From: Macrostomum lignano | Lineage: Eukaryota | Direction: 5' to 3' | DNA: 64,000 bases | Assembly: GCA_002269645.1 (NCBI GenBank) | Contig: NIVC01003883.1 | Coordinates: forward strand, 1 to 64,000 | In this document: one piece after another, positions 1 through 11,266 of the stretch | How positions within the stretch are numbered: the stretch's first letter is position 1 | Layout: the number at the start of each line of letters is the position of its first letter | Program-made: the position numbers and the translations under genes | Notes under the pieces: generated by a model | Seen by the model: only the letters and a program-made list of their open reading frames with translations | The model's database searches: none | Told to the model about the DNA's origin: nothing

Positions 1-408
1 AAAATCCGGAAAAAAATGCGTTGCAGAATTTTAGACAAAATTGCTAATTCTTAATATATCAAAAGTGCGCTTGAGATATTGGATTTGCAAAAGATAATCC
101 TACTAGCTAAGATCAACAAGAAAAAATAAAAATAAAAACTAAATAAGGCACAAGCAAAAATTCAAAAAAATTCTATAAAAAGTAGAAACTTGTACATTCT
201 CTAACATACATATTTGGACAAAAATTCAAATCACTACATTTTCTTAGAATGCATTTTTCATTATTGTCTTATTGATTACTTTTTGTTTTTACCATTTGTG
301 TGATGTGCTAAGTACCAAAATAAAAATGCCACCAATAAAAAATATTTTGTGCGCCATAAAAAATCGCATAATTCTATTTGACTTAAGAAAATACAAGAAT
401 TCCATCCT

Positions 409-473
409 GGTCCAAATGTTGTTGCCAAAAAAACTGTCGCTGAAGTGACCTGTCGCCGAAGTGATCGGTGACC
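409..473. mobile_element. Probable fragment of a small non-autonomous DNA transposon (related to 1312-1356)
   Basis: Contains an internal 16-bp near-duplication (ctgtcgctgaagtgac/ctgtcgccgaagtgat) and ends ...gtgacc followed by TTA. Shares ccaaa-gttgt-ttgc and gaagtg motifs with the 1312-1356 element. Confidence 0.25.
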
Positions 474-1311
474 TTAAAGATTATCTCTATCTTCAAGAAA
501 GGCAAATTAACTAGACAAAACAACGAGTATAAATTTGACTTTGTATATCCTATATACTAAAAATGAGTTGTCTATGTTTGTATATAAATATGTGATTGAT
601 TAGAGAAAAATATTCTCCTAAAAGCATTGATATCATTTCATAAAACTGTTTACTTTATATGCTTAACCTATATACTAGACTTTAAAATTGTTTTTGACTT
701 GGCAAATACTAACTAGGTGGCAGCCTAATACTAGTCAATTTGTCTAGGCCTTTGCTTTTCAATCTGCCAATTCAATTCATTTGTCTGCAAAATAGGCCTA
801 GCTAAATGAAGTTTTTTATATATTATGCTGCTTTTTCATTTGTAAATAATATCAGTTGCAGTAAAAAATTAAAAAAGTAAAAATATCACTGGTAGGCCTA
901 TAAATACCTTATCAAATACTAAAATAGATAATTGTAAAATATATTCAAATATTATTTAGACAAATGAGTCAAATATGCAGCTGTCAGCAAATACTGTTTC
1001 ACCAGCTTAAATTGCAATGAAAATAATGCCTTTTAAAAAAAGCAGTAGTTATTGATACAAATATTATAAATACTAAAATACTATAATAGCAAAATGGTTA
1101 TTTTTATTTAGTCAATATAACATGCACTTACTTGAACTGGGCTTAAGGTTTTAACTGAAATTTAGCCATAAAAATTGCGAAACTGTTATTTCTATAATTC
1201 TATGGTCACTGTACAATGTACATTAGAAACAAAAGGCCTAATTTTATGGTCATGGGGAGAAATTTCATTTACATTAATAATAATAGTTCTTACATTAAGT
1301 AATCTAGCTAA

Positions 1312-1356
1312 GGTCAGTGACCAAAACGTTGTGTTGCGAGAAGTGCTACACTGACC
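1312..1356. mobile_element. 45-bp micro-MITE, PIF/Harbinger-like
   Basis: Perfect 8-bp terminal inverted repeat GGTCAGTG...CACTGACC, flanked on both sides by TAA. A TAA/TTA TSD is typical of PIF/Harbinger elements. Confidence 0.4.
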
Positions 1357-1432
1357 TAACCTCTGGTGTGATGAACATAATTTATAAGTATTTGAAATTT
1401 AAATGTAGGTTAGGTTTTGATAAACAGGTTTC

Positions 1433-1435
<3 letters not shown>

Positions 1436-1472
<37 letters not shown>
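1436..1472. repeat. (TC)n microsatellite
   Basis: Uninterrupted TC dinucleotide run of about 18 copies. Confidence 0.95.
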
Positions 1473-1474
<2 letters not shown>

Positions 1475-2213
1475 AGTCCTTTTTTATATTTTAAGAAATA
1501 GTTCAATTTTCAAAATAAAAAATGTGTATAAATGAAAATATTATCTGTTAAAACAAACAACACACACGTTGTGCCTAAATTTTAAAATTATTTCAACGGT
1601 TAACTCATTTAAGAGAAGTATCTATACTTTAAATAATATGTGCTTATCTACACGACTACTTAAAAACACGATAAATAAATGTAACGTGCAGCGCTCACGT
1701 TTACGGTTGCATATTTTCCTCTTAATCATTTGCATGCAAAGAAGACCTATGTCACCCTTTTTGTTTTCATCTTGCTAAGCAAAAAGTTACATGATATTTA
1801 ATTTTTCACATTGAGCAATAACTCTTTCTGACCGCAACTTTTACATGTGACTCTTACATGTACACTGGATCCATTAGAAATATACGTCGACTGACTATTT
1901 TGAAAAGCAAAGTACGCTAATAGTAAATAATAGCATCAGACAGAGTGCTTATGCCTGAAATCGAGGTGTCCATAGGGACAAAAAAGCTTTTATTACAAAT
2001 TTTACAAATTTTAATACTCCATTTTAATGAACATGCACAATTGGTAAAAATAAAGAATACGCTCGTAAGTAACTTAAATTTATATCTTAAGAAAAGGAAC
2101 TCTGAAAGAGTTAATATAAACAAAAATCAACGAAAAATAAATTCAATTTTATTGTTAATTAATCGTTCCCATTGTCTTCAATTCAAGGTGTCACGTGAAC
2201 AAACAAGTACTAC

Positions 2214-2257
2214 ATCTAAATATACTAAATCTCTAATCTAAATATACTAAATCTCTA
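2214..2257. repeat. 22-bp perfect tandem duplication
   Basis: ATCTAAATATACTAAATCTCTA occurs twice in tandem. Confidence 0.85.
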
Positions 2258-2979
2258 AGGTTTGTATGCTTGCTTACTTGTAAAATATACTAAAAATGAA
2301 CTTCGTTATAGTTGACCGACGTACTTTTCGCAAAAGTACATTTTTAACAAAGTTTGCAAATTCAGTCAACGGAATGATATTTTTTAATAAAAATTGTAAT
2401 ATATCGTTTTATGTAACTTTTTTTCGAAATTTCAAAGGACTTTAAAGAACTGTATTAACAATTGTCTGTATATACTAAAACTGACGCGTTTTTTATAAAA
2501 TTGTTGTCGCTCTCAGAGCAACGTCTGAACACGTCTGTCTTAACAAATACCACAAAAGTAGTGTGAATTTATCAGGGTCAACTTAAGTAGAAGGACTGAA
2601 CACTCCAAAATCGTGGAAATTTTTTGAAGTCAAATTTTGCAATTGTGCCATGTCTGAACGGATTTGATGAATCGGGCAGATTTTTGCTCAGGATATACAG
2701 CTACATGTGCTCTTTCAATTGCTGCATGGCATTTTATTTATTCCCCCAGAATACGAAAGAATTGACTTTTTAGTACAGTACCCCGTAGATTGCATCGCAT
2801 GCCTTTCAATGCAAAATCTTGACTTCTTTTTGGCAGTGGAAATTGCAAACACACCACGTTTATTAACCAGTAAAAATAAGTCATGCTCATAGTCAGTTCA
2901 ATTAGCTAACCAATTTTGACCTCTGATTCGAGTTTGCAAGCTTACGATCAGGGTAGTAATGCATGCACTTAGCTCACGA

Positions 2980-4160
2980 TGAAGTGATGAAGTGATCAGC
3001 AATACAATATACAGCTTTGTATTGACTATTGGAACAAGTGAGGCTTACCGATCCGCGAAGTACGAATAGAAAAACAGCATGCACATCTCGAAAACACATG
3101 GTGGTTTTCGACTAGAAAATGAATTGTCTATAGTAAGCTAAGTAAGCAGACAAAACAGATAAAGTTACATTGAACTGATAAAGCTACAAGCGTAATTAAG
3201 AAATAAAGTGAAAGAACTGCAGCGAGCAACATTCCCGACATCCCCCCTCGTTGAAGTCCAAAAAACACCAGTCAGTTCGAATAGTGCAGTCACAGTGTTG
3301 CAGATGCTCAGGTGGCTGCTTGCGACCGGGCACTGACTGTCTCGTCAGCGGCGCCCGCTCCTGGACCTTCCTTTGTCACCTCGGTAGCGTTGCTCAGCCG
3401 GTCCGCTGCTTCGTTTGAGATCTCCGGCGGTGGCACGGGTACTGCCTCCGGCAGCGAGCTCACCAGCAGCTGATCGGCGTACCGTCAGTAGATGGTAGTT
3501 ACGGGTTCAGGTGGATACGACGGTGGACTCCGCTCAACAGGTGCCGCCGTCGGTCTTGGTGCCCCAGTTAGAGTCTCCCAGCAGAACTTGGTTGCCGGCT
3601 TGGAACTCGCGCGCACGCGACTACTGCTCCATCCGCTGTTCCTGGCGCTAATGCATGCTGTCCATCAGCAGGTCCAGCCGACTGCGCATCTGGCTGGGTC
3701 CGGGGTGACGTAGCGCGGCGTATTACGGTAGGACATCAGCATCTGCAGCAGTGCGGTCGCCGAGTGACCAATCTTGATCAGGTGTCGTTGACCACTTGGA
3801 CGGAAGTCTCCACCTGGCATTTTGTGGCAGGGTGAAATGGCGCTGAGAGGACGTGGCGGATGAATTGCGCCAGGCGAACTCGCTGAAATTCGTGGAGGTG
3901 AATTGCGAGCCGTTGTCGGCGACCAGCATCCGATGGATGTTGAGTCTAGCAAAGACCTTGCAGAGTCACTCGATGGTGGCGATTGACATCATTCTATGCA
4001 CCTGCTGAACCTCTGGTCACTTGCTGAAGGCTGATACAGGCCTCGCTGTGTGTTGATAGTCGTGCCACATCCATAGTCGTCCTCGGACAACGGCAGCTGC
4101 AGGAAGGCGCCTGCTTGGACCACTTGCAGTCGCAACCCAGCTTGGCAAACAGGTATTCGA
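2980..4160 (-). mobile_element. Degenerate Ty3/Gypsy LTR-retrotransposon 3' relic (integrase pseudogene + PPT + 3' LTR)
   Basis: The minus strand reads SIATIE*LCKVFARLNIHRMLVADNGSQFTSTNFSEFAWRN (integrase core, cf. SDNGPQFTS), then in shifted frames LLQMLMSYRNTP and a RKQPPEHLQ-like tail. The polypurine tract AACGAGGGGGGA (3241-3252) is immediately followed by TGTCGGG at 3240, the LTR start. The left LTR boundary (~2980) is approximate. Confidence 0.75.
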
Positions 4161-5069
4161 TGCGCATCAAACTCAAACTACTCAAACTACTGTGGCTGTA
4201 AACGGCATAGGGAACTACCTGATAATTGCTTTGAAACATTTCAAACAATATTCGACCTAGAATAAATACGACGCAATGTCCTAATGTGATCAGTACTACC
4301 GTGTTTGGCAACTATGAAATGTGTATTGTGATTCAGCATGCTTCTGTAGGCAGGCAGATCTTGAACCAGAGCCACAATAAAGCTGTGCTGCTTCACGGAA
4401 CTCTAATTTTTGGCGAGCGGCAGATACTAAATGTGCTGCAAAAAAAGTTTAACGTTCTTTTGGCTATTTTATATTTGTCAATGTGAAAACTGCAAGTAAG
4501 TTGTCGTTCATTCACGATATGTCAGTCTTTTGAAAGTTACGAGTATTTCCAAGCACACCATCGAACAGAGGAGCCCAAAAACTTTTTAGACGAGTGAAAG
4601 AAGAAGCGAGAAGTAAGGGCGAAAAGGAGCCCTGCTGCTGCCAGCACGCAAACACCTGATGCGGCTTAGGGAGGTTGTCTGCGACACTGGGGGCTTCATA
4701 AACTGGTTTGAGGTATTGGGGGCACAATTTTTAGCTTTTTGGGAAAGGAACTACGCTGAACTGAGTCTCATCAGCTAGTTGAACTCTGTACAAATATCCA
4801 ACAGCCAGCTGTCCTTCGTTCAAATCCTCTTACAAAATATTATACAGCTATAACATTATACATAAGACTTCTACCAGCATCCATTACTTCCATTTAATAC
4901 GAAAACAAATTCAGAATTATCCGACTCTATCAAAATTGTTTGATTTTGTCTGCTAAATATACAGTACTGCTAAGCAATGAATAAAATGACCAAACTAGCA
5001 CATGTAGCTTTGGCGTAACAGATTCTGTCCTATAGTATTGTATAACTGACTTTTCTTATGGTATGCTCA

Positions 5070-5287
5070 GTGAGCTCAGCTGTATGACCGAATGGGTACA
5101 GCCCCGTGTGAGCTCAGCTGTATGACCAAATGCGGTACAGCCCTGTGTGAGCTCAGCTGTACGATCGAATGGGGTACAGCCCTGTGTGAGCTCAGCTGTA
5201 TGACCGAATGCGGTACAGCCCCGTGTGAGCTCAGCTCTATGATCGAATGCGGTACAGCCCCGTGTGAGCTCAGCTCTATGGCCGAAT
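5070..5287. repeat. 39-bp minisatellite, ~5.5 copies
   Basis: Unit GTGTGAGCTCAGCTGTATGACCGAATGCGGTACAGCCCC. The ORF track shows the matching 13-aa periodicity. Confidence 0.9.
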
Positions 5288-5751
5288 CTCCATTTAGGAA
5301 GTACCAGATGACTGCAGACAGTACAGCCCCATGCTGCTCATGGGGGGAGGCTGAAGGCGGTACAACTTTGTAGATGGTCACACAGTAATTCTCTTAATGT
5401 ATTTATTGTAAACCCATCTGAAGCTGAATATGAGCATACAGTTAGAACAAAATATTGTTGCAAGTAGGTCCGGAAACATCACTTAACTACTCGTAAGTTC
5501 CTGCTATTTTTGCGAGTAACATTCACCAGAGTTTCCATGGGGAACCGCTGCTGCCGGAGCTGTCGGAACTGCCGGTAAGCTGCTCACCCTGCAGTTTGTA
5601 CTGGGGCCTCAAATCCCCGGGTGCGACAGCATTCGGTGCCTTTTGGGCGCCCCGTCTGGAGGTGGAATGCCTGCAAAGTGCGAAATGCAAAAATTTCGTT
5701 TCTTGGAAGTGAGGTTTCACCATAGACAAAACACCTTGTTCTTTGTGCGCG

Positions 5752-6128
5752 CCCCCGTCTCTTAGGTGGGTGCGCCTGTCTCTTAGGTGGGCGCGCCTTC
5801 TCTAGGTAGCCCCCCTTCTCCAGGTGGCCCCCCTTCTCCAGGGGCGCCCCTTCTCCAGGTGGCCCCCCTTCTCCAGGGGCGCCCCTTCTCCAGGTGGCCC
5901 CCCTTCTCCACCCCTTCTCCAGGGGGTGCCCCCTTCTCCATGGGGTGCCCCTTCTCCAGGTGGCCCCCCCTTCTCCAGGGGGTGCCCCCTTCTCCAGGTG
6001 GCCCCCCTTCTCCAGGTGGCCCCCCTTCTCCAGGTGGCCCCCCTTCTCCAGGGGGTGCCCCTTCTCCAGGTGGCCCCCCTTCTCCAGGTGGCCCCCCTTC
6101 TTCAGGTGGCCCCCCTTCTCCAGGTGGG
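5752..6128. repeat. C-rich ~18-bp minisatellite
   Basis: Unit approximately CCCCCTTCTCCAGGTGGC with variable C-run length, preceded by diverged GTCTCTTAGGTGGG copies. Confidence 0.9.
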
Positions 6129-6993
6129 CGCCGCTACCTCTCGGTGTTTGCATAGATGCCCTGTCCAAGAGATGGCTTGTTGGCGTCTTCTGTTTTGCTT
6201 TTGGAAGGATTCAGTTTTGGTGGGCTATTGGGGCCGCGGCCCCTGCAGTCTGTTGCTATCTGGAGCCGAATGAAACTCCTCAGTATGCATTTTAGCTGGT
6301 TGCAAAACTATGCACAGTGGAAGAACATCAATGAGCCGAATCCGCTGCGGAGATCGCGACTGCCATGCTGCTGCAGACACAGCGGCCATGTACAAATGTA
6401 CGTCTGCTGCCAGGACTATAGCTGCAGCAGCTGTGCAAAGCATTATTGGTAAGTCAGGCGCGCACCTCTGCTTGTTTGAGCAGTTCGGTCTCTCTACTCG
6501 AGGATTTTTTTCAAGTTCCATCGTCTCGGGTTTCAGCGTGAAGAGCAGCGATGTCAGAAGGTTGCGCCAGAACTGCTGCTGCAAGCACTACTATGCCACC
6601 TTCGTGAACAGCGACATCGTGATGACGTAGACTTTGCTCATGTTCAACTGGACCTGCCGCATGTGTCTCGCTAGCACCTCAGAAGGTTTTTGAAAGGTTT
6701 TTCAGAGCGAGCAAACACCCGAGTTTACTCTTTTATAAGTCAATAATTTCAGGCCTTACTAACTACGCATCAAATGCATGTAAAAGAAAAAATTGCTTTG
6801 AAATTCACAAAATTTTATCAATAAAAATCTTTGGCAATTTGCAGAAATTTTATCAACTTTATTTACGTTGCTTGGACAGTTTTTAATTAAAATTTGAACG
6901 ATACTACTGAAGAAATGTCATGCAAACTTTAGCCAACACGAATCACAGCAAAACAAGCACTCAGTATGCCTTGCATGATGAGTATCACGCTAA

Positions 6994-7660
6994 GTAGCTG
7001 ATATGCATGTAGTTGAGGTACATGTAGCTGATGTACATGTAGCTGATGTACGTGTAGTTGATGTACATGTAGCTGATGTACATGTAGCTGATGTACATGT
7101 ATCTGATGTACATGTAGCTGATGTACATGTAGCTGATGTACATGTAGCTGATGTACATGTAGTTGATATGCATGTAGTTGAGGTACATGTAGCTGATGTA
7201 CATGTAGCTGATGTACATGTAGCTGATGTACATGTAGCTGATGTACATGTAGCTGATGTAAATGTAGCTGATGTACATGTAGCTGATGTACATGTAGCTG
7301 ATGTACATATAGCTGATGTACATGTAGCTGATGTACATGTAGCTGATGTACATGTAGCTGATGTACATGTATCTGATGTACATGTATCTGATGTACATGT
7401 AGCTGATGTACATGTAGCTGATGTACATGTAGCTGATGTACATGTAGCTGATGTACATGTAGCTGATGTACATGTAGCTGATGTACATGTAGCTGATGTA
7501 CATGTAGCTGATGTACATGTAGCGATGTACATGTAGCGATGTACATGTAGCGATGTACATATAGCTGATGTACATGTAGCTGATGTACATGTAGCTGATG
7601 TACATGTAGTTGATGTACATGTAGCTGATGTACATGTAGCTGATGTACATCTAGCTTATG
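6994..7660. repeat. 15-bp minisatellite (GATGTACATGTAGCT)n, ~44 copies
   Basis: Directly visible. A variant block (gatatgcatgtagttgaggta) recurs at 7000 and 7165, 165 bp or 11 units apart. 13-bp variants occur near 7510-7555. Confidence 0.97.
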
Positions 7661-9485
7661 CTTTCTTAGTAATTGTTGTTGATGAAGTCTCATTAAATCG
7701 CTAGATCATAGAAATAGCGATTCTGTTTACAGTAAATACGATGATGTAAATACGATTTTGTTTACAAAGTCATTAACCGATTTCGTTGTTAATGCTGTGT
7801 TTAAATAGACTTTGAGTTTTTTTATGGACAGTTTATGCCATGCAGCTTTTTGTGAGCTCACCAAGCCTCTTAGTACATGTACCCGAGCTGATAAGTATTT
7901 GCTTTGAAAGTTTTGCGTCTGCAAAAGCCTGATTGTGTAGCAAATACTGGCTTCCAAAACCTGGAAATGTGCTCAGCTTCTTATCGCTACTCTGTCTACA
8001 ATTTGATCATTATGAGTCTTCAAACACAGCTCGATTGCAGATTTTACTGAATTATCGGTATTGCATACAAACAATATAAGCTATTTAGTAGTAGCGGAGG
8101 CCGCCGAAATTATGCCCAGAACCGTCACAGCGCATTTGCACTGCCACAATGTGCTGTACTCAAAAGGAATGAATTTATACAAGGTACATCCGTCAATTTC
8201 AGGTCGTTTCCATGCTTGCATATCTATATTAGCTAAATTTTCCTTAACTTTTCCAGAACCTTCTCTACTGCTTTCGGTGAGTCTTTGCTGGTGTAAAAAC
8301 AATTAAATCTTCGAGTCAAACGGCTCGCCAGCATCCGAGTTGCATCGGGCCCTCACAGCTCTGCTCAGCTCGAGAGCAATGAGCATCTGTAGCGCTCATC
8401 CCTCTGTCTATGCCGTTCTCAACAGTTGCATCTGCATCGCGGTTTTCTTTCATTTCGATTTGCAACCCAGCAGTCTGAAGTGCCTCATTGTTTCAGCTGG
8501 TAGCCCTGCTGCAGTCAACTGAAAACTGTAGCCACTGCCAGCGCCAACCCTCCGCTGCTCTTTCCTCTGCACCGCTCATTCTCTCCCGCGCGTACGCAGC
8601 AAGAAAGTGCGAGAGCAGCGAGGCAGAGCGCAGAGAGGAGGGCAGGCAGGCAGACAGGCAGGGAGTCCACCCTGTCTCTGGGTGGCGGGGGGGCAAAGTA
8701 CAAGCAAGCGCGCGGCCACCCCATGGATGGCGGCGCATAAGAGCCACCATGCGCTCCCGCTAACGCTCGTAAGCTCAGCGCAGGTATTCAGCTCCACTGG
8801 CACAAGGATATCGCAAAAAAATTAATTATGTAAGTTTTCACGCTCTCTAAAATTCCAAGATAACGCCCGAATCGGTCATTTTAAGCCTTGCAGTAGCGCG
8901 CCATTCAGAAATCGGCAACTTTAATCAGCATTGACGCGCTTGTTAATTGTTAATTCAGTAAATCCTATGGATAGAAATATGCAATTTTTTTTGCTTTTCT
9001 ACCTATATGAGAACTCAGATGGCAGAGCTGTCGGGCCTTTTGTAGTGAAGACAATTTTACCAACTACATTACTGAATGGTTAATTACTGTACATAAGTTA
9101 CATTTAGCTCATGATTAGTAAAACCCATGAATTACAGGGTTAATTAAGCACATTCAGTAGATAATCATTTTATCTATTTTTAAATGCCAATTTCTCAAGA
9201 ATTAAATCTTTTCTATAATTTTCAACAGATAGATAGTAAAGAACGAGTCACAAAACTTCTACAAGGCACCAAAATATTTCAAACATTCTACTGACAGTAG
9301 CAAACCTGGGCAGCAAGCGCTAAACATATCTAAATTATGCAAATTGCACACAAAGTGAGATACATGTAGCAGCAGCGAGCCTTGTTGATTTTACTTAGCC
9401 CTACTAAAAGATATCCCTGTCGAAACATTTGGAACTCTACATCGAAACTAGCAAACCTGGTTCATTCAGATCCAACCCTGCAGCC

Positions 9486-11266
9486 ATGGACTCTGGCCAG
9501 CGACAGCAAGTTCAGGAGCTGCAGCAGGCCCTGATGCAGCTGGCCGCACTATTCGGCGTGTCTGCTGACGATCTCCAGAGCGTCACAAGCATGTCGTCGA
9601 GCGTGAAGGGCTTAATGGAGGCGGCGGCCGTAGGGAACAGGCAGCAGTGCCGCTCCCTGGTGAGCAAGGCCGGCGGCCCCAACGCTCGCGGCAACAAGGG
9701 CATCGTGGCGCTGCACGTGGCGGCGCACGAAGGCCAGTTGGAGGTGATGAAGGAGCTACTGGAGCTTGGAGCGGACATCGAGGCGGTGGACGAGGACGGC
9801 GACACGCCGCTCATCATGGCCGCCATGAACCGCCAGGACGATGCGGCCGACCTGCTCATTGAGAAGGGCGCCAACGTGCGCCATCTCAACAACAAGGGCC
9901 TCTCCGCTGCCGACGTGGCCCTCGCAAAGCGCAACTTAAACATGGTTTACTCGCTGGAAGGCGTCTCGCACTGCCTGCAATACGACTCGGACATTCACGA
10001 GAAGACTCTCACGAGCGCCGCTCAGGAGGGCAACACCCGCGTGATCGAGTTCTGGCTGGAGCACAGCCCCGAGCGCCGGGCCTACAACAGGCAGCTGGGG
10101 CAGAAGAGGACCATTGCATTCATTGCAGCCCTCAATGGCCACCTGGACATCATCGAGCTGCTGGAGTCCAAGAGAGCCGATTTCGAGCTGACCGACGATC
10201 GTGGCAACACCCCGCTATTCTGCGCCGCACAGAACGACCATTTCGAAGTGGTCCAGTTCCTTCTGGACAAGCGCTGCAACGTGAACCACGAGAACTGCAA
10301 CCGGAGGACACCGATTTTCTCGGCTGTGAACAATGGACACGAGGATATTGTGAGCCTCTTGATTCGCCATGGTGCCCGAGTTGACCACGAGGACGAAGAC
10401 GGCAGGACGCCGCTGGAGTGCGCAGTAAAGCAGGGCTCCCTGCCGGTGTTTCAAATGCTGGTGGAAGCTGGCGCGGACCCGAAGCACGTGAACTCTCGGG
10501 GCTACGATCTCGCCATGGGCGCCGCGGACTCCTCCAATCTTGAAATTCTCAAGGAGCTTAGGAAGCTGGGCGTGTCCTTGACTCGCGTCAACACCAGGAA
10601 TGGTGAGACGGCCCTTCTCGGCGCCTGCCAGGTGGGTCCGGATGAAGTCGTCAAGTACCTGCTGAAAGAGGGAAGTGAAAAAAATCACAAGAACAGGCGC
10701 GGAATCAGTCCTGCCCTGCGAGCGGCGTACAATGGACTGACGGATGTTGTGTCTGTACTGGCCAATGCTGGAGCCAATATGGACATTGCGGACAACGATG
10801 GGGACACGCCGATTCTCTGCGCTGCCCAGCAAGGCAACCAGGAGATGGTGGAGCTCTTGCACGGCCTGGGCTGCAAGGTGTCGGCCAAGAACAACCGGGG
10901 CCGAACGCTCGTCTGGTTTGCGGCGAAGAGCGGCAACCTGGAGCTGGTGGAGTTTCTGAAGGACATTGGCGCTCCCATGGACGCTCCAGACGCCAACGGC
11001 AACACTCCGCTGATGATAGCGGTGATGGACGGCTCCAACCCCGATTTGGTCAGCTACCTGGTGCGCTGCGGCTGCAGCGTGAGGAAGCAAAACCAGAAGG
11101 GAGAAAACGCAGAGGCTCTCGCTAAAAAGGCGAACCAGCGGGCCATCCTGACAGTGCTGACGGAGACCAAACGGGAGCCTGGAGCCAGAGAGAAGATGAC
11201 TGAAAGCGGGTTCCTGCGTAGGAGCCGGCCGCAGCCGCCAAAGCCGGAGATTGATCAGGAGCCAAT
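9486..11266 (+). CDS. Exon 1: ankyrin-repeat region (roughly 15 repeats)
   Basis: Recurrent ankyrin consensus: GIVALHVAAHEGQLEVMKELLELGAD, DGDTPLIMAA, RGNTPLFCAAQNDHFEVVQFLL, DGRTPLECAVKQG, NGNTPLMIAV. Confidence 0.95.

Noticed and set aside
5070-5287. CRISPR-like array (39-bp structured repeats)
   Set aside because: Units are head-to-tail with no unique spacers, there are no cas genes, and the context is eukaryotic.
5584-6295. Pro/Gly-rich ORFs (GGHLEK, PPSPGG, PPFSRW repeats)
   Set aside because: Translations of the 18-bp minisatellite, open in several frames on both strands.
6929-7693. His-rich, Tyr-rich and Cys-rich ORFs (HVHQL, YMYIS, ATCTS)
   Set aside because: By-products of the stop-free 15-bp unit; four overlapping frames are equally open.
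8690-8790. Ankyrin-like TPWMAAHKSH fragment upstream of the ankyrin gene
   Set aside because: Similarity too weak, and no splice sites join it in frame.
9429-9485. ORF-track start of the ankyrin protein at TTG 9429
   Set aside because: Non-ATG start; the ATG at 9486 has a strong Kozak context and marks the GC rise.
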